DNA of 63,968 bases, the filler included, from Octopus bimaculoides (lineage: Eukaryota): assembly GCF_001194135.2 (NCBI RefSeq). It is 6 parts of 6 records of this genome, joined end to end, with 100 filler letters (N's around TTAATTAATTAA, not from the genome) between each part and the next. Parts side by side here need not be neighbours in the genome. Positions count along the whole stretch, not along the records: positions 1 to 31,988 come from NC_068987.1; 5 more parts are not named here. The stretch is one strand, 5' to 3'. Of the stretch, positions 12,309-25,385 are shown one piece after another; within the stretch, counting starts at the first letter, position 1; the number at the start of each line of letters is the position of its first letter. The notes below the pieces were generated by a model. The model worked only from the letters and a program-made list of their open reading frames with translations. It was not told the origin of the DNA and made no database searches. Both the position numbers and the translations under genes were made by a program.

Positions 12309-12645
12309 CACACACACACACACACACACACACATATGTATATATATATGAAATAGGGTATCAGAATACCATTTGCTAGAACGGGGAGCTAACACTCCAA
12401 AACCTCAAATTTCTCATTACTGATGGTAAATGCAACGAACATAATAAAATAGGCTTACCTTGTATAAACTACAACACCAAGAAATAGATATTTTATTTAA
12501 TTTTATATATATATATATATATNNNNNNNNNNNNNNNNNNNNNNNNNNNNNNNNNNNNNNNNNNNNNNNNNNNNNNNNNNNNNNNNNNNNNNNNNNNNNN
12601 NNNNNNNNNNNNNNNNNNNNNNNNNNNNNNNNNNNNNNNNNNNNN

Positions 12646-12680
<35 letters not shown>

Positions 12681-12770
12681 CTAGCAGTGTTGGTGGAGCA
12701 CACGACACTTAATTTAGGCGTCGTGTCTTCAAATACCACATTGTACATGTGTGCGTGAACCATATATATA

Positions 12771-14018
12771 TTAGGTTGTCTTACATGAAATGTCACCTTT
12801 GAAAAAGGAAACATTAAAATTGTTTATTAAGTTTTAGAATATTTATTTATTTAATCAAAATATAATCCTTGTTCATTTATGACCTTCTTCCAATGTTCCC
12901 CTAAGGCATATATTCTATCTTCAAACAATTATTCACCTTTTTCACTGATAAACTGTTCGAATGCTTCAATTACATCTTCTCTATTTAAGAATGCTTTATT
13001 GCGTATAGCAAGCTTCAAGTGTTTAAATATGTGATAATCAGTAGGTGAGATTTCAAGGGAATAAGGAGGACGTGCCAAAATTTTATAATTCAGGCTTTGC
13101 AACTTGTAGACCGTACATTGAGAATTGTGAGGCCGTGCATTATCATGAAGCAAAATTGTGCCGTCTTTATTCACTAATGTGGGTTATTTCTTTTTTAATT
13201 TTTCATGCATACAATCAATTTCTTGGCAATAGGATGTTGCTGTTACAGTTTTTCCTTCTTGCAAAAATGAATAATGAATAACCCCCTTTGTTGACCAGCA
13301 TACAGTGACCATCAACTTTTTAGGGTGCAATGGTGGCTTTGGGTAGTGTTTTGGTGACTCTCCTGCATCTAAGCACTGTCCTGTCCTCCTGCTGTTATCA
13401 AAGAATACTCATTTCTCATCACACGTAATGAGTCGATACAAAAATGGTTCTCTTTCAAACCGAGAAATCAACATGGCACACACTGTAAGGCGTCTGTTTC
13501 TTTGAATCTCATTAAGGTGATGGGGAACAAATCTATCAATCTTTTTGACTTTTCCAATTTTCTTCAAGTGTCGAGAAGCAGTTGCGGGAGATGTACTGAG
13601 ATCTGATCCGGTTTTCGTTTAACCAAAGCATTCAATTTATCATGCCGAATAACTGATTTTGGTCTCCCTCTTGGTTCACTTTTAAGGCTTTCATTTCCCG
13701 AATAAAATATTTGGAACCATATCTGAACAGTTGTATTGTCAACAGAATCGTTACCAAAAGACCGCTTGATGTTTCGTAGAGCTTCAATGGCAGAGTGACC
13801 CAACTTATATTCGTACAAGAAAATCATTCGGTATTGTTCAGTTGTCAACATTGTCACAAGAGCTGTGGGTATCAATCTTGGATAATAGTATTGTCTAAAA
13901 AGAGAAAGATAGTTAAGATTAAACACAAGCATATACATAGAAACTCATTAAAAATCTATTTATAAAGAACTCATAAGAAACCCATTCAAAATATGACATT
14001 TCATGTGAGACAACCTAA
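12771..14018 (-). mobile_element. Full-length (1248 bp) mariner transposon, inactive
   Basis: TIRs TTAGGTTGTCTTACATGAAATGTCA and TGACATTTCATGTGAGACAACCTAA, with TA on both sides. Confidence 0.97.
12851..13851 (-). pseudogene. Mariner (Mos1-like) D,D34D transposase pseudogene
   Basis: MLTTEQYRMIFLYEYKLG HTH; FVPHHL (WVPHEL-like); ITCDEK* (W changed to stop); LLHDNARPH with exactly 34 residues to SPTDYH; ends INEQGLYFD*. At least two stops and several frameshifts. Confidence 0.95.
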
Positions 14019-14027
14019 TATATAAAT

Positions 14028-14270
14028 GGATTTGTTTGACGGAAACTGAAAAAAGCCCCGCGTATATATATATATATATGTTTGCATGTGTGTGTGTCTT
14101 TTTCTCCCCACCATCGCGTGACAACCCCGATGTTAGTGTGTTTACGTACCCGTAATTTAGCAATCCGACAAAAGAACCGATAGAATATGTACTAGGTTTA
14201 CAAAGAATAAGTCCGGGGGTCGATTTCTTCGAATAAAAGTGGGGCTCCAACATGGCATTCAATCAAATGA
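14028..14270 (+). mobile_element. SINE-A, 5'-truncated
   Basis: gacggaaactgaaa ... gataga ... ggggtcgattt ... caaatga body. Confidence 0.8.
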
Positions 14271-15367
14271 TAATATAAATAGTATATATATACGCATATA
14301 TATATATATANNNNNNNNNNNNNNNNNNNNNNNNNNNNNNNNNNNNNNNNNNNNNNNNNNNNNNNNNNNNNNNNNNNNNNNNNNNNNNNNNNNNNNNNNN
14401 NNNNNNNNNNNNNNNNNNNNNNNNNNNNNNNNNNNNNNNNNNNNNNNNNNNNNNNNNNNNNNNNNNNNNNNNNNNNNNNNNNNNNNNNNNNNNNNNNNNN
14501 NNNNNNNNNNNNNNNNNNNNNNNNNNNNNNNNNNNNNNNNNNNNNNNNNNNNNNNNNNNNNNNNNNNNNNNNNNNNNNNNNNNNNNNNNNNNNNNNNNNN
14601 NNNNNNNNNNNNNNNNNNNNNNNNNNNNNNNNNNNNNNNNNNNNNNNNNNNNNNNNNNNNNNNNNNNNNNNNNNNNNNNNNNNNNNNNNNNNNNNNNNNN
14701 NNNNNNNNNNNNNNNNNNNNNNNNNNNNNNNNNNNNNNNNNNNNNNNNNNNNNNNNNNNNNNNNNNNNNNNNNNNNNNNNNNNNNNNNNNNNNNNNNNNN
14801 NNNNNNNNNNNNNNNNNNNNNNNNNNNNNNNNNNNNNNNNNNNNNNNNNNNNNNNNNNNNNNNNNNNNNNNNNNNNNNNNNNNNNNNNNNNNNNNNNNNN
14901 NNNNNNNNNNNNNNNNNNNNNNNNNNNNNNNNNNNNNNNNNNNNNNNNNNNNNNNNNNNNNNNNNNNNNNNNNNNNNNNNNNNNNNNNNNNNATATATAT
15001 ATATACATTTGTGTATGTACGTACGTACGTATGTATGTATGTATGTATGTATGTATGTATGTCTTACTACTTATGTATGCGTCATACTTTAACCTTGACC
15101 TCGGCAATTCCCATTTCCCAGCATTCATAATGAAGTTATGTAGAGGGATAGGGGTGTTTCGAAAAAATCTAATTATATTATTTTCACACTAAAAGACAAA
15201 TACTATCATTTCATTTCATTAATTTTCACTGTGTTGAAAGAGTGTGTGGTTGTCTTTCGGAAAAATGTTATTATATATTTTCATACACGTTTTATAGATA
15301 TTTTGTAATGAATACTTTCGTTTTATTAGATAAGATTGGCAATTTTGTTTCAACCAATGATGTTTTC

Positions 15368-15495
15368 GGCTGTATGCTTTGAACGATTGGTTAGCAGCTA
15401 CGTGGTTTGAGTTCAGTCCCATTAAACGGCACCATAAGCAAGTATTATCCTGGGCTGACTGACGTCTCCATGAGTGAATTTTGTTGCCGAAAATA
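15368..15495 (+). mobile_element. Degenerate SINE-A head
   Basis: gagttcagtcccattaaacggcaccataagcaagt matches the SINE-A B box and core. Confidence 0.55.
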
Positions 15496-15840
15496 GTGTA
15501 GATACCCATATATGTGTATATATGTGTGTGTGTGCGTGAGTGTATATATATATATATATATATTTGTTTTGCAAGATTTTTGATTAATGTAATATAAAGG
15601 TGAAGCAAANNNNNNNNNNNNNNNNNNNNNNNNNNNNNNNNNNNNNNNNNNNNNNNNNNNNNNNNNNNNNNNNNNNNNNNNNNNNNNNNNNNNNNNNNNN
15701 NNNNNNNNNNNNNNNNNNNNNNNNNNNNNNNNNNNNNNNNNNNNNNNNNNNNNNNNNNNNNNNNNNNNNNNNNNNNNNNNNNNNNNNNNNNNNNNNNNNN
15801 NNNNNNNNNNNNNNNNNNNNNNNNNNNNNNNNNNNNNNNN

Positions 15841-15877
<37 letters not shown>

Positions 15878-15879
<2 letters not shown>

Positions 15880-16272
15880 CTCTTACTCTCTTTTACTTGT
15901 TTCAGTCATTTGACTGCGGCCATACTGGAGCACCGCCTTTAGTCGAGCAAATCGACCCCAGGACTTATTCTTTGTAAGCCTAGTCCCTATTCTATCGGTT
16001 ACTTTTCCCGAACCGCTAAGTTACGGGGACGTATACACACCAGCATCGGTTGTCAAGCGATGCTAGGGGAAGAAACACAGACACACAAACATATACAAAC
16101 ACACACACACACACACATGCGACGGGCTTCTTTCAGTTTCCGTCAACCAAATCCAATCACAAGGGTTTGGTCGGCCCGAGGCTATAGTAGAAGACACTTG
16201 CCCAAGGTGCCACGCAGTGGGACTGAACCCGAATCATGTGGTTCGTAAGCAAGCTACTTACCACACAGCCAC
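15878..16272 (-). mobile_element. SINE-A, near full-length
   Basis: High identity to 6689-7086. Confidence 0.9.
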
Positions 16273-16331
16273 ATGCATACGTATGTGTGTGTTGATATAG
16301 AAGTATTTAAGATTAAACTGAAAACCACACC

Positions 16332-16568
16332 TTGTTGTGTCAGGGGACAGTCATTCTCCTTTAGTGCCTTATAATTTAACACACACACCAATAAAATTCC
16401 CACTCATTTCCTTCTTTAATTTTCTAAAATTTTCGTTACGTTTTGCAACCTTTCCAAGACGCAACGAAAAGTTTAGAAACATAAGGAAGGAAATGAGAGT
16501 AAATTTTACCGGTGAGTGTGTTAAATTATAAGGCACTGAAAGAGAATGACTCTCCCCAGACACAACAA
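16332..16568. mobile_element. ~237-bp imperfect palindrome (foldback MITE-like)
   Basis: Arms of ~108 bp are reverse complements at roughly 85% identity by eye, with a short central loop. The ORF track shows near-identical peptides on both strands. Confidence 0.8.
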
Positions 16569-16668
16569 AATATACTTCAACACACGAACTCACACAATCC
16601 GAAGACGAAATGAAAACCTACTACTTTTCAGTAATGTATATATTTATTAACAGCTTTTTAATATTCTC

Positions 16669-16897
16669 CCTAAGAGCCTGAGGAATCTCCACAAAGTAGA
16701 TGTAGGCGTTTTTAAATCAAGGCTGAACCTCTTCTTGTCGAGAGTTCCAGATGAACCTACCTCACGGCAAGAGGTGCAAATGAAGGTTGCTACATCAAAC
16801 TCTATTCTAGACCAAGTGCCATATATTAAAGAAAGATCTCAGTAATACCAGTGTAGCAAAATGTCAGTACTCCAGGATGGCCAGAGCTATGAGGTGA
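16669..16897 (+). mobile_element. CR1/L2-group LINE 3' fragment
   Basis: KSLRNLHKVDVGVFKSRLNLFLSRVPDEPTSRQEVQMKVATSNSILDQ fits the LINE ORF2 C-terminal pattern (FKxxLDxFL..PDxP...NS). Confidence 0.7.
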
Positions 16898-16920
16898 AAC
16901 TACAAAAATATATATATATA

Positions 16921-17008
16921 TATAGTAGAATACACTTGCCCAAGGGACTGAACACAGAACCAGGTGGTTCTTAAGCAAGCTACTTACCACACAGCCACTC
17001 CTACGCCT
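16921..17008 (-). mobile_element. SINE-A head only, internally deleted
   Basis: caagctacttaccacacagccactcctacgccta. Confidence 0.8.
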
Positions 17009-18479
17009 ATGTTTAGTAATGTGTAATTTGCGTATTTTTCAACAATCTCAGTCTCGAAAATGGTTCTATGATGAAATTTCCAAATAGTATCGAAAGGAAT
17101 GCCAAAACCTGGCATAAAATATATGACTTTTTAGCTGAGAAGGTGGTGGTGGTTACGAACTGTAATGGCTTGACTTGATAAGCAAAATATTCTATGGAAA
17201 TATAAATACAGGAATATGTTCTTCTATGTACGACCATGAAATACATCTACAACTAGGTATACAAGAGACTAAATAGTATTTCTTCTAAATAACAAGATAC
17301 AGACTAAAATAAGAGGAATTACACGCTGATGAAGATTACTGCCACAATGATATTAGAAATATATTCCCTCAGAATACCTTCAGAGTGTTAATAGCATTCA
17401 CGCTTATCTAGAAGACGTTTCTGTTGGGAAATTAGTTATTCATTGGCAAAATTTACAGCGGTTAGTATTTTAGAACAAAAATAATAGGCAAAGAGATCCA
17501 CTAGACAGGTTAAATTAGACCAGTTTCACTAAGTTGGTTAATAATGTTGCATTGAGAGTCTACGAAATCTATGCTGTACAGTGTATTTGGAATGATTTCA
17601 TTGAAAAATTAGGGGTAGCAAAAAGATTTGTCGTGTAGAGGTATCTATTTTGACAAATCTCCAAATTTGAAATGATAGCAGCAGAGCAAGGATTTATTGC
17701 GAAAATGTTGAATATTGGGTATGTCCAGATTAGAAAATATTTGTTGTGGGAGCAATGCGACAGGAGAGAACGGAGCAGTGTAAAACATCTTCTTTATTGA
17801 ATCCGAAGGTGCATGTGACATAGTTATGAATGAAGTATGCGAATTTAAGAAAAATATTCGGCATTTTAGATCTGGGATGTGATCACTTGAGTATTGCTGG
17901 TTTGTGGAATCTTTAGTGCAACATATTTGACCTCATGTCTCGGATGAAAAATATCCATGGCAGCAGCATCCTAACAACGAGGGAGACTACGGAGAGAAGA
18001 AGAGAGAGAAAGTGAGAGAGGGGGGAGAGAGACAGAGGAGGGAAACTGAGTGTCGTGTTATCATCCTCTTCAACCACGACGATAAATCCAGCAGAACAGA
18101 TTTCACACACAAATATACACTCGTTCATACACATTCTCTGTGGAGAAAGGTGCCAAACTCTATGCGATCCTTACTCTAACTCACTTTCCCACGTATTCTG
18201 CAATTACTTTTACTCATGCTTTTGCTTAGATATATGTGGGTGGTGAACGTCTGGTCATCACTTCAGCTTGCGTCGATTTACTGTTAATTCAAAAGCTTTT
18301 AAATCTCTTATTCGTGACCTTCTTTCAGAGGGTTCATCAGTTTCAAATTCTGTATAAACAATTGTTTAAATCTACGTGGCCAACACTTTGAGCATTTGTA
18401 ATGGTTTGCCTACTTCATTGCTAATAAAGCATACTTGATATCTCTCATGGTACGTGATTTTGTGGCCATCTTGTATATT

Positions 18480-18701
18480 TATTTCTTTATTGCTCACAGG
18501 GGGCTAAACATAGAGGAGACAAACAAGGACAGACAAGGGGACTAAGTCGATTACATCGATCCCAGTGATTAACTGGTAATCTTTTAATCGACCCCGAAAA
18601 ATGAAAGGCAAATGTCGACCTCGGTGGAATTTGAACTCAGGACGTAATGGCAGACGAAATACCGCTAGGCATTTCGCCCGACGTGCTAACGTTTCTGCCA
18701 G
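18480..18701 (-). mobile_element. SINE-B monomer carrying the long linker-type 3' end
   Basis: Matches the first unit of the 7657 dimer. Confidence 0.85.
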
Positions 18702-19681
18702 CAATATCTGCACATGTATCATATATATTTTTCTACTTTATAATTTTATATTGGCACCATTCACATCTACACGATTAAACAATTATACTATATCAGGCCC
18801 CCAAACGGTGTTACTGCATCTAATATACAGAAGGCAGACTACTTCGCTTGCATTTCCGCAGACTACTTCGCTTGCATTTCCTCTTTCGTTTAAATTTATC
18901 CCTTTTATTCTCTGCTATCTACATCTCAAACATGAGTTCCAACCTCATGTTGATAGTCTAGCTTTTCTTACCGCTGGAACAACCATTTCACAAGTCTTTG
19001 AGTCTTTATTTACCTTTTCTTTCTCACCTGCATCGTCTTTCACTACCTTTTTCTACGCTTCTCTCTCTTCAATTTTTTTTTCCTTGACCTTACATGTCTT
19101 TCCATCTTTTCCGCGTATTCCTTTCTATTAGTGATTATTCCATACATCTTTTTTCCGTTTTGTATGCTTGTGTATTATCCTAAATATGTTACCTGCTACT
19201 CTAGCTTTCACATTTCCCCTTTTCCCCTTCTAATGAAAAAATGTAGCTGCTTTATACGATTTACTATTACCTTTTGGGTTTTGCCAATTCACAGGATATA
19301 GTTCTTCCCTCATTGTATATGCTTCTTTGTATCTTTGTATAATATGCTATTTAGTATCACTCACTAGCCGAATTTTCGAAACAACTGTAAGATCTATCTA
19401 TATCTAGCAATTTTAATGTGTATATGTAATATGTCATACAATACGAATTACTGCCACGCATAATGAGCAAAGAGAAAGCTCTCATAGTAGCCAGTGGCAC
19501 GTATATTCACAACATACACAAATACATGTATATCAAATGTCATACAATATAATTTATTGATTTATGAAATTATTACCGCCTGTAGAGGACGTGTCATAAT
19601 TACCAAATGGAAACTCAGACAATCTCCAATCGCAAGAATCGAGAATTTCTCCAATGTTGACATGCCATTAAAGAAACACTC

Positions 19682-19682
<1 letters not shown>

Positions 19683-19752
<70 letters not shown>

Positions 19753-19866
19753 CATAAATAGCAAGATAGATACAGAGAGAGATTGATAAGTAGGTAGATG
19801 ATAGATAGATACATACATGCACACAGAAAGATAAATAGTTAGACAGACAAACTGACAGACAGAAAG

Positions 19867-19899
<33 letters not shown>

Positions 19900-20054
19900 T
19901 AGATAGAGAGAGAGAGAGAGAGATTGATAAGTAGGTAGATGATAGATAGATAGATACATACATACATACATACATACATACATACGTGCATACATATATA
20001 CATACATGCGTACATACACAGAGAGATAAATAGTTAGACAGACAGACTGACAAG

Positions 20055-20085
<31 letters not shown>
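19683..20085. repeat. Compound (GATA)/(GA)/(CATA)/(CAGG) microsatellite with an internal segmental duplication
   Basis: gagattgataagtaggtagatgatag and gataaatagttagacagac each occur twice. Confidence 0.85.
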
Positions 20086-20087
<2 letters not shown>

Positions 20088-20350
20088 AGACATGCACATT
20101 TCAGATTCATTACTCTTCGTCATATGTGAATTGTTTTATGAAATAGACTAAGTGCATAAGTGTGCACGTTGATAGATCTATGTACATAGATCTATGTACA
20201 TGTATTCACACTTATATTGAACTATGATCTTCATTCTTTACATTGAGAATTACACAGTATACACATCTAAGTATATATATATATAAGAGTAAAAGGCAGA
20301 CTGTATGACGCATGCGTACGAACAANNNNNNNNNNTGTATGTGTGTGTGC

Positions 20351-20382
<32 letters not shown>

Positions 20383-21291
20383 CAGTTTATCTGCCTGTCT
20401 ATATGTATGCATGTACGTATCTATACATACACAGACATACAAGGCCATACAAGCAGCAAGATTGGTGTTACCCTTGGTATAATATATATCAACGTGTACT
20501 GAATTACGCAAAAATATAGTTAGATCAAAAGAAATTGGTTATATGTATCTATGTATGTGCGTGTGTGTCTGTATACATGTATGAGTGTGTGTATTTGCGT
20601 GCGTATGTGCGTATGAGCGTATGTGCTTGTGTATGTGTGAGCATATAAATGTGTGTGAATGCATGTTTTTAGACCATTATTAATTCCCCTTGTTGTGATA
20701 AATATATATATATATATATAGATTCCCATTGATCTCTATCTATACACATATTGCTATACGCAGAGGTATAGTATAGTGGAAGTACTCTGTGGTTTTATAT
20801 ATTGCACACATTCGTGTATATGAGGATATATACACAAGCTTTAATACANNNNNNNNNNNNNNNNNNNNNNNNNNNNNNNNNNNNNNNNNNNNNNNNNNNN
20901 NNNNNNNNNNNNNNNNNNNNNNNNNNNNNNNNNNNNNNNNNNNNNNNNNNNNNNNNNNNNNNNNNNNNNNNNNNNNNNNNNNNNNNNNNNNNNNNNNNNN
21001 NNNNNNNNNNNNNNNNNNNNNNNNNNNNNNNNNNNNNNNNNNNNNNNNNNNNNNNNNNNNNNNNNNNNNNNNNNNNNNNNNNNNNNNNNNNNNNNNNNNN
21101 NNNNNNNNNNNNNNNNNNNNNNNNNNNNNNNNNNNNNNNNNNNNNNNNNNNNNNNNNNNNNNNNNNNNNTATACATATAGACGGAAAAATGGATAGAGAG
21201 AGAGGGGACGAGAGAAAGATAGAGGGAGAAATACAACAAGTATACAGATATACAAATATTTGAGGAAAAGGATGATAAATTGGGAAACAGT

Positions 21292-21366
<75 letters not shown>

Positions 21367-22050
21367 GTAACTATATGTACATGACTCACAATAACCGACT
21401 ACACGAATGTATAATAGATGGATATAGTGTCTATCTGGTTGCTACTGCTGTTGTTTGTGTGTGTCCGTGTGTGATTGTATATATGTGTATGTGTTTATCT
21501 CTATTTGTCTGTGTTTATGAGCTTGTGGGTATTTGTATGCAAACTATCGATAAAAGAGAAGAAATAGAAGAGTAGCCAGAGCGGAAATGAAATTATATGT
21601 GAAGATAAAACAATATAAAGAGTTGGCACTAAATAATTGGTCAGCGATTATAACGAGAGATAACATTATTGTTCGGTTGGAACCGTTATTACGCCGTCTT
21701 GTATCTAGTGAATCTCTACCGCTATTCTTCTCAATCACACACACATACATACACACATACACACATACACACATACACGCACAATCATACATATATTAAT
21801 ATTTACGCACAGAAGCATATATAAATAAACGTAAAAATAAACCTACGTATACATGTATATCTAACTGTGTTTATGTGTGCGTATGTATGTACGTATGTAC
21901 GAATGTATATGTATATATGTGTGTGACTGTATCAAATGAAAAACATGCATGCATATTTTATGTATGTATATGTATATACGTGTATAGATATGTATATATC
22001 TATATTTATATCCATATATATATGTATCTATATATATACATATATATATG

Positions 22051-22082
<32 letters not shown>

Positions 22083-22677
22083 CATATATATATATTTATA
22101 TAGGCATTTATACAAACACACACGTATACGTAAGTATATCGTCATTTAACGTCGCACACGCACATTTTTCCGTAAACAGAGTGCTCAACACAATCTGTAA
22201 ATCGACGTATATTTGCAGACATTTGGAGAATTATATGTAGAAATTCGTAGCATGGAATGACGCGGTCGCAAATGACTGACTACGACACTAATTAAAGTCT
22301 ACATAACGCTTTGACTTACTTCTTTCTAATCCCTATTAATCACGTTAATATATCATGGCTCTTGATTGCGTTTGTGCCACCATACATATGTGTATGCTGG
22401 TGTGTGTGTGTGTATGAGTGTGTGTGTGTGCGTGCGTGCGTGTGCATAGACATACACTCTTATATTTGGTGGCTACTTGACAGAAGCACTTCTGTTTCAA
22501 TATAAACAAAATGGAGGTCGTTGACAACCTAGTTGTGAATAGTATCTTTATGAGTTGAAACGGTATTCGCCTTTTTAAACTAACCACTGAATCACTAAGT
22601 AATATGTATCACATAATCTACTTTCTTAAGTATCGAGTAATGGAAGCCTTCTGAGGAACAAAGTCACAAATATATAT

Positions 22678-22895
22678 TCTTTCTTTTACTCGTTTCAATC
22701 ATTTGACTGCGGCCATGCTGGACAACCGCCTTAAAGGGTTATAGTCGGAGCAATCGACCCCAGGACATATTCTTTGTAAGCCCAGTACTTATTCTATCGG
22801 TCACTCTTGCCGAACCGCTAAGTTACGGGGACATAAATATATCAGTATCCGTTGTCAAGCGATGGGGAGAGGACAAACACAGATACGCACACATA
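22678..22895 (-). mobile_element. SINE-A 3' half running into a microsatellite and gap
   Basis: catttgactgcggccatgctgg ... gccgaaccgctaagttacgggg. Confidence 0.85.
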
Positions 22896-22958
22896 AATAC
22901 ATACATAGCTATATATGCACACACATATATATACATACATACATACATTCATACATAC

Positions 22959-22991
<33 letters not shown>

Positions 22992-23797
22992 NNNNNNNNN
23001 NNNNNNNNNNNNNNNNNNNNNNNNNNNNNNNNNNNNNNNNNNNNNNNNNNNNNNNNNNNNNNNNNNNNNNNNNNNNNNNNNNNNNNNNNNNNNNNNNNNN
23101 NNNNNNNNNNNNNNNNNNNNNNNNNNNNNNNNNNNNNNNNNNNNNNNNNNNNNNNNNNNNNNNNNNNNNNNNNNNNNNNNNNNNNNNNNNNNNNNNNNNN
23201 NNNNNNNNNNNNNNNNNNNNNNNNNNNNNNNNNNNNNNNNNNNNNNNNNNNNNNNNNNNNNNNNNNNNNNNNNNNNNNNNNNNNNNNNNNNNNNNNNNNN
23301 NNNNNNNNNNNNNNNNNNNNNNNNNNNNNNNNNNNNNNNNNNNNNNNNNNNNNNNNNNNNNNNNNNNNNNNNNNNNNNNNNNNNNNNNNNNNNNNNNNNN
23401 NNNNNNNNNNNNNNNNNNNNNNNNNNNNNNNNNNNNNNNNNNNNNNNNNNNNNNNNNNNNNNNNNNNNNNNNNNNNNNNNNNNNNNNNNNNNNNNNNNNN
23501 NNNNNNNNNNNNNNNNNNNNNNNNNNNNNNNNNNNNNNNNNNNNNNNNNNNNNNNNNNNNNNNNNNNNNNNNNNNNNNNNNNNNNNNNNNNNNNNNNNNN
23601 NNNNNNNNNNNNNNNNNNNNNNNNNNNNNNNNNNNNNNNNNNNNNNNNNNNNNNNNNNNNNNNNNNNNNNNNNNNNNNNNNNNNNNNNNNNNNNNNNNNN
23701 NNNNNNNNNNNNNNNNNNNNNNNNNNNNNNNNNNNNNNNNNNNNNNNNNNNNNNNNNNNNNNNNNNNNNNNNNNNNNNNNNNNNNNNNNNNNNNNNN

Positions 23798-24175
23798 TGT
23801 TAACTGCAGCTAGATAATATCGGTAGTGGTTTTAAGAATTTGAAATTTTCTGTTCAGCACATCTTGCTTAAAGAATAACGTAACTATACCACTCTTGGGA
23901 AATGAGGCTTCTCAAAACCAGAAAAGAGAAAGTTAATTCGAAGACTACAGATCCAATCCATCACTGGAACTGCAAAAATCTGTAAAATCTTCCAGAAGTT
24001 TATCATTTAAGTATATATGAGATTGTCTACATATGGAACTATATTCATGAGAACACATACATAAAAAAATACCCTGTTGATGTTGTTGAAATTCGAATGA
24101 AGGAAACTTGGATCTAGGTTAGAAACCTGTTCTATCTCTATTGGCAAGAAATCTTGAAATAAACTGAATAATGAC
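23798..24175 (+). mobile_element. RLE-type non-LTR retrotransposon 3' end with (CATA)n tail
   Basis: GFSKPEKRKLIRRLQIQSITGTAKICKIFQKFII*, then a 3'UTR ending aaataaactgaataatga directly before (CATA)n. Confidence 0.7.
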
Positions 24176-24299
24176 ATACATACATGCAAGCATACATACA
24201 TACATACATACATACATACATACATACATACATACATACATACACACGTACATACATACATACATACATTCATACATACATACATACTTACATACATAT

Positions 24300-25240
24300 A
24301 TCTGTGGAAGACATCACGCATATGATTAGCAGCTTCCGAAAAATGTCAAGGTACAACCTCCCTATGCTAAATAACGTTGTCTCGAAAACAATATACAATA
24401 ATTATCGGAAAAAGACTGTCCCGGAATAAATTCAGAGAATACACCTCTTGCTGAATACATACACAAACATCAAAATAAGGAATCCTAGTAGAACATTCCC
24501 ATCAAATCATCTGTCAAGTGAAAACATACGAGGCCGGATATTGTTGTTTGCTCTAGTCATGAATAAGTATGTAATGTCAGAGATGTCAGCTTTCCTGATG
24601 ATGTGGACATCTCATAGAAAATCAAAGAGCAGAAGAAGAATATTCACATATATACTCCCTTCGGTCATGAGTGACCATGAGATGCACCTAGAAAGTTGCT
24701 CTTTGAGGCACAAATCCGAGCAAGTTTGTTTATGGAAGACCAGTAGTCGCCCATGCATACCAGCCTCCCCTCTCCATACCACCGATGTTTGCTTTCCCTT
24801 GGATAACATACAGCTTGGCACCAATGACCTCCCAACTCATTTCTACGGCTGATTGAACTGGAGCAACGTGAAATGAAGTGTCTTGCTCAAGAACACAACA
24901 CGCAGCCCGGTCCGAGGATCGCATTCATTACCTCATGATTGTAAGCCCGACGCTCTACCAACAATAATTGGTGCACTTGGTTTTGTAAGTAAATGTGTAA
25001 TTAACAATATGGATCAGTTAGGGTTTTCAGAAAGAGAAATCAACCAACCAACTCAAAAGTTACACATACAGTCTGTAAGTGGAACAATAAAAGTATGCAC
25101 GTCTTTCTCAAGTTTAAAATGTGACATTGCTTTTGTTATCTACATTCCAGCGACGGAGATTTGTATCTTTGTAGAAACGAATTCCTTCTTCAGAGGAAGA
25201 GTTTATATAATTAAAAACAGAATAGAGCATGCATAATATT
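24300..25240 (+). mobile_element. Second RLE-type retrotransposon fragment, interrupted by a SINE
   Basis: EDITHMISSFRKMSRYNLPMLNNVVSKTIYN (degenerate CCHC and RHD region), KHTRPDIVV...RDVSFPDD (RLE). After the SINE it resumes IIGALGFVSKCVINNMDQLGFS...LHIQSVSGTIKVCT. Confidence 0.8.
24652..24960 (-). mobile_element. tRNA-derived SINE (family D) nested in the RLE element
   Basis: Minus strand begins tggtagagcgtcgggcttacaatc (tRNA-like), then gttcttgagcaagacacttcatttcacgttgctccag. Confidence 0.8.
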
Positions 25241-25341
25241 TGTGTATGTGTGTGTATGTGTGTGTGTGTGTGTGTGAGTGTGTGTGTGTGTGAACACGGG
25301 AACATTCGTGGTAGTATTCAGTAACTTTCAGNNNNNNNNNN

Positions 25342-25385
<44 letters not shown>

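Noticed and set aside
17326-17370. CTGATGA...GAAAT hammerhead-like words
   Set aside because: Stems II and III cannot be formed and there is no Penelope-like coding context.
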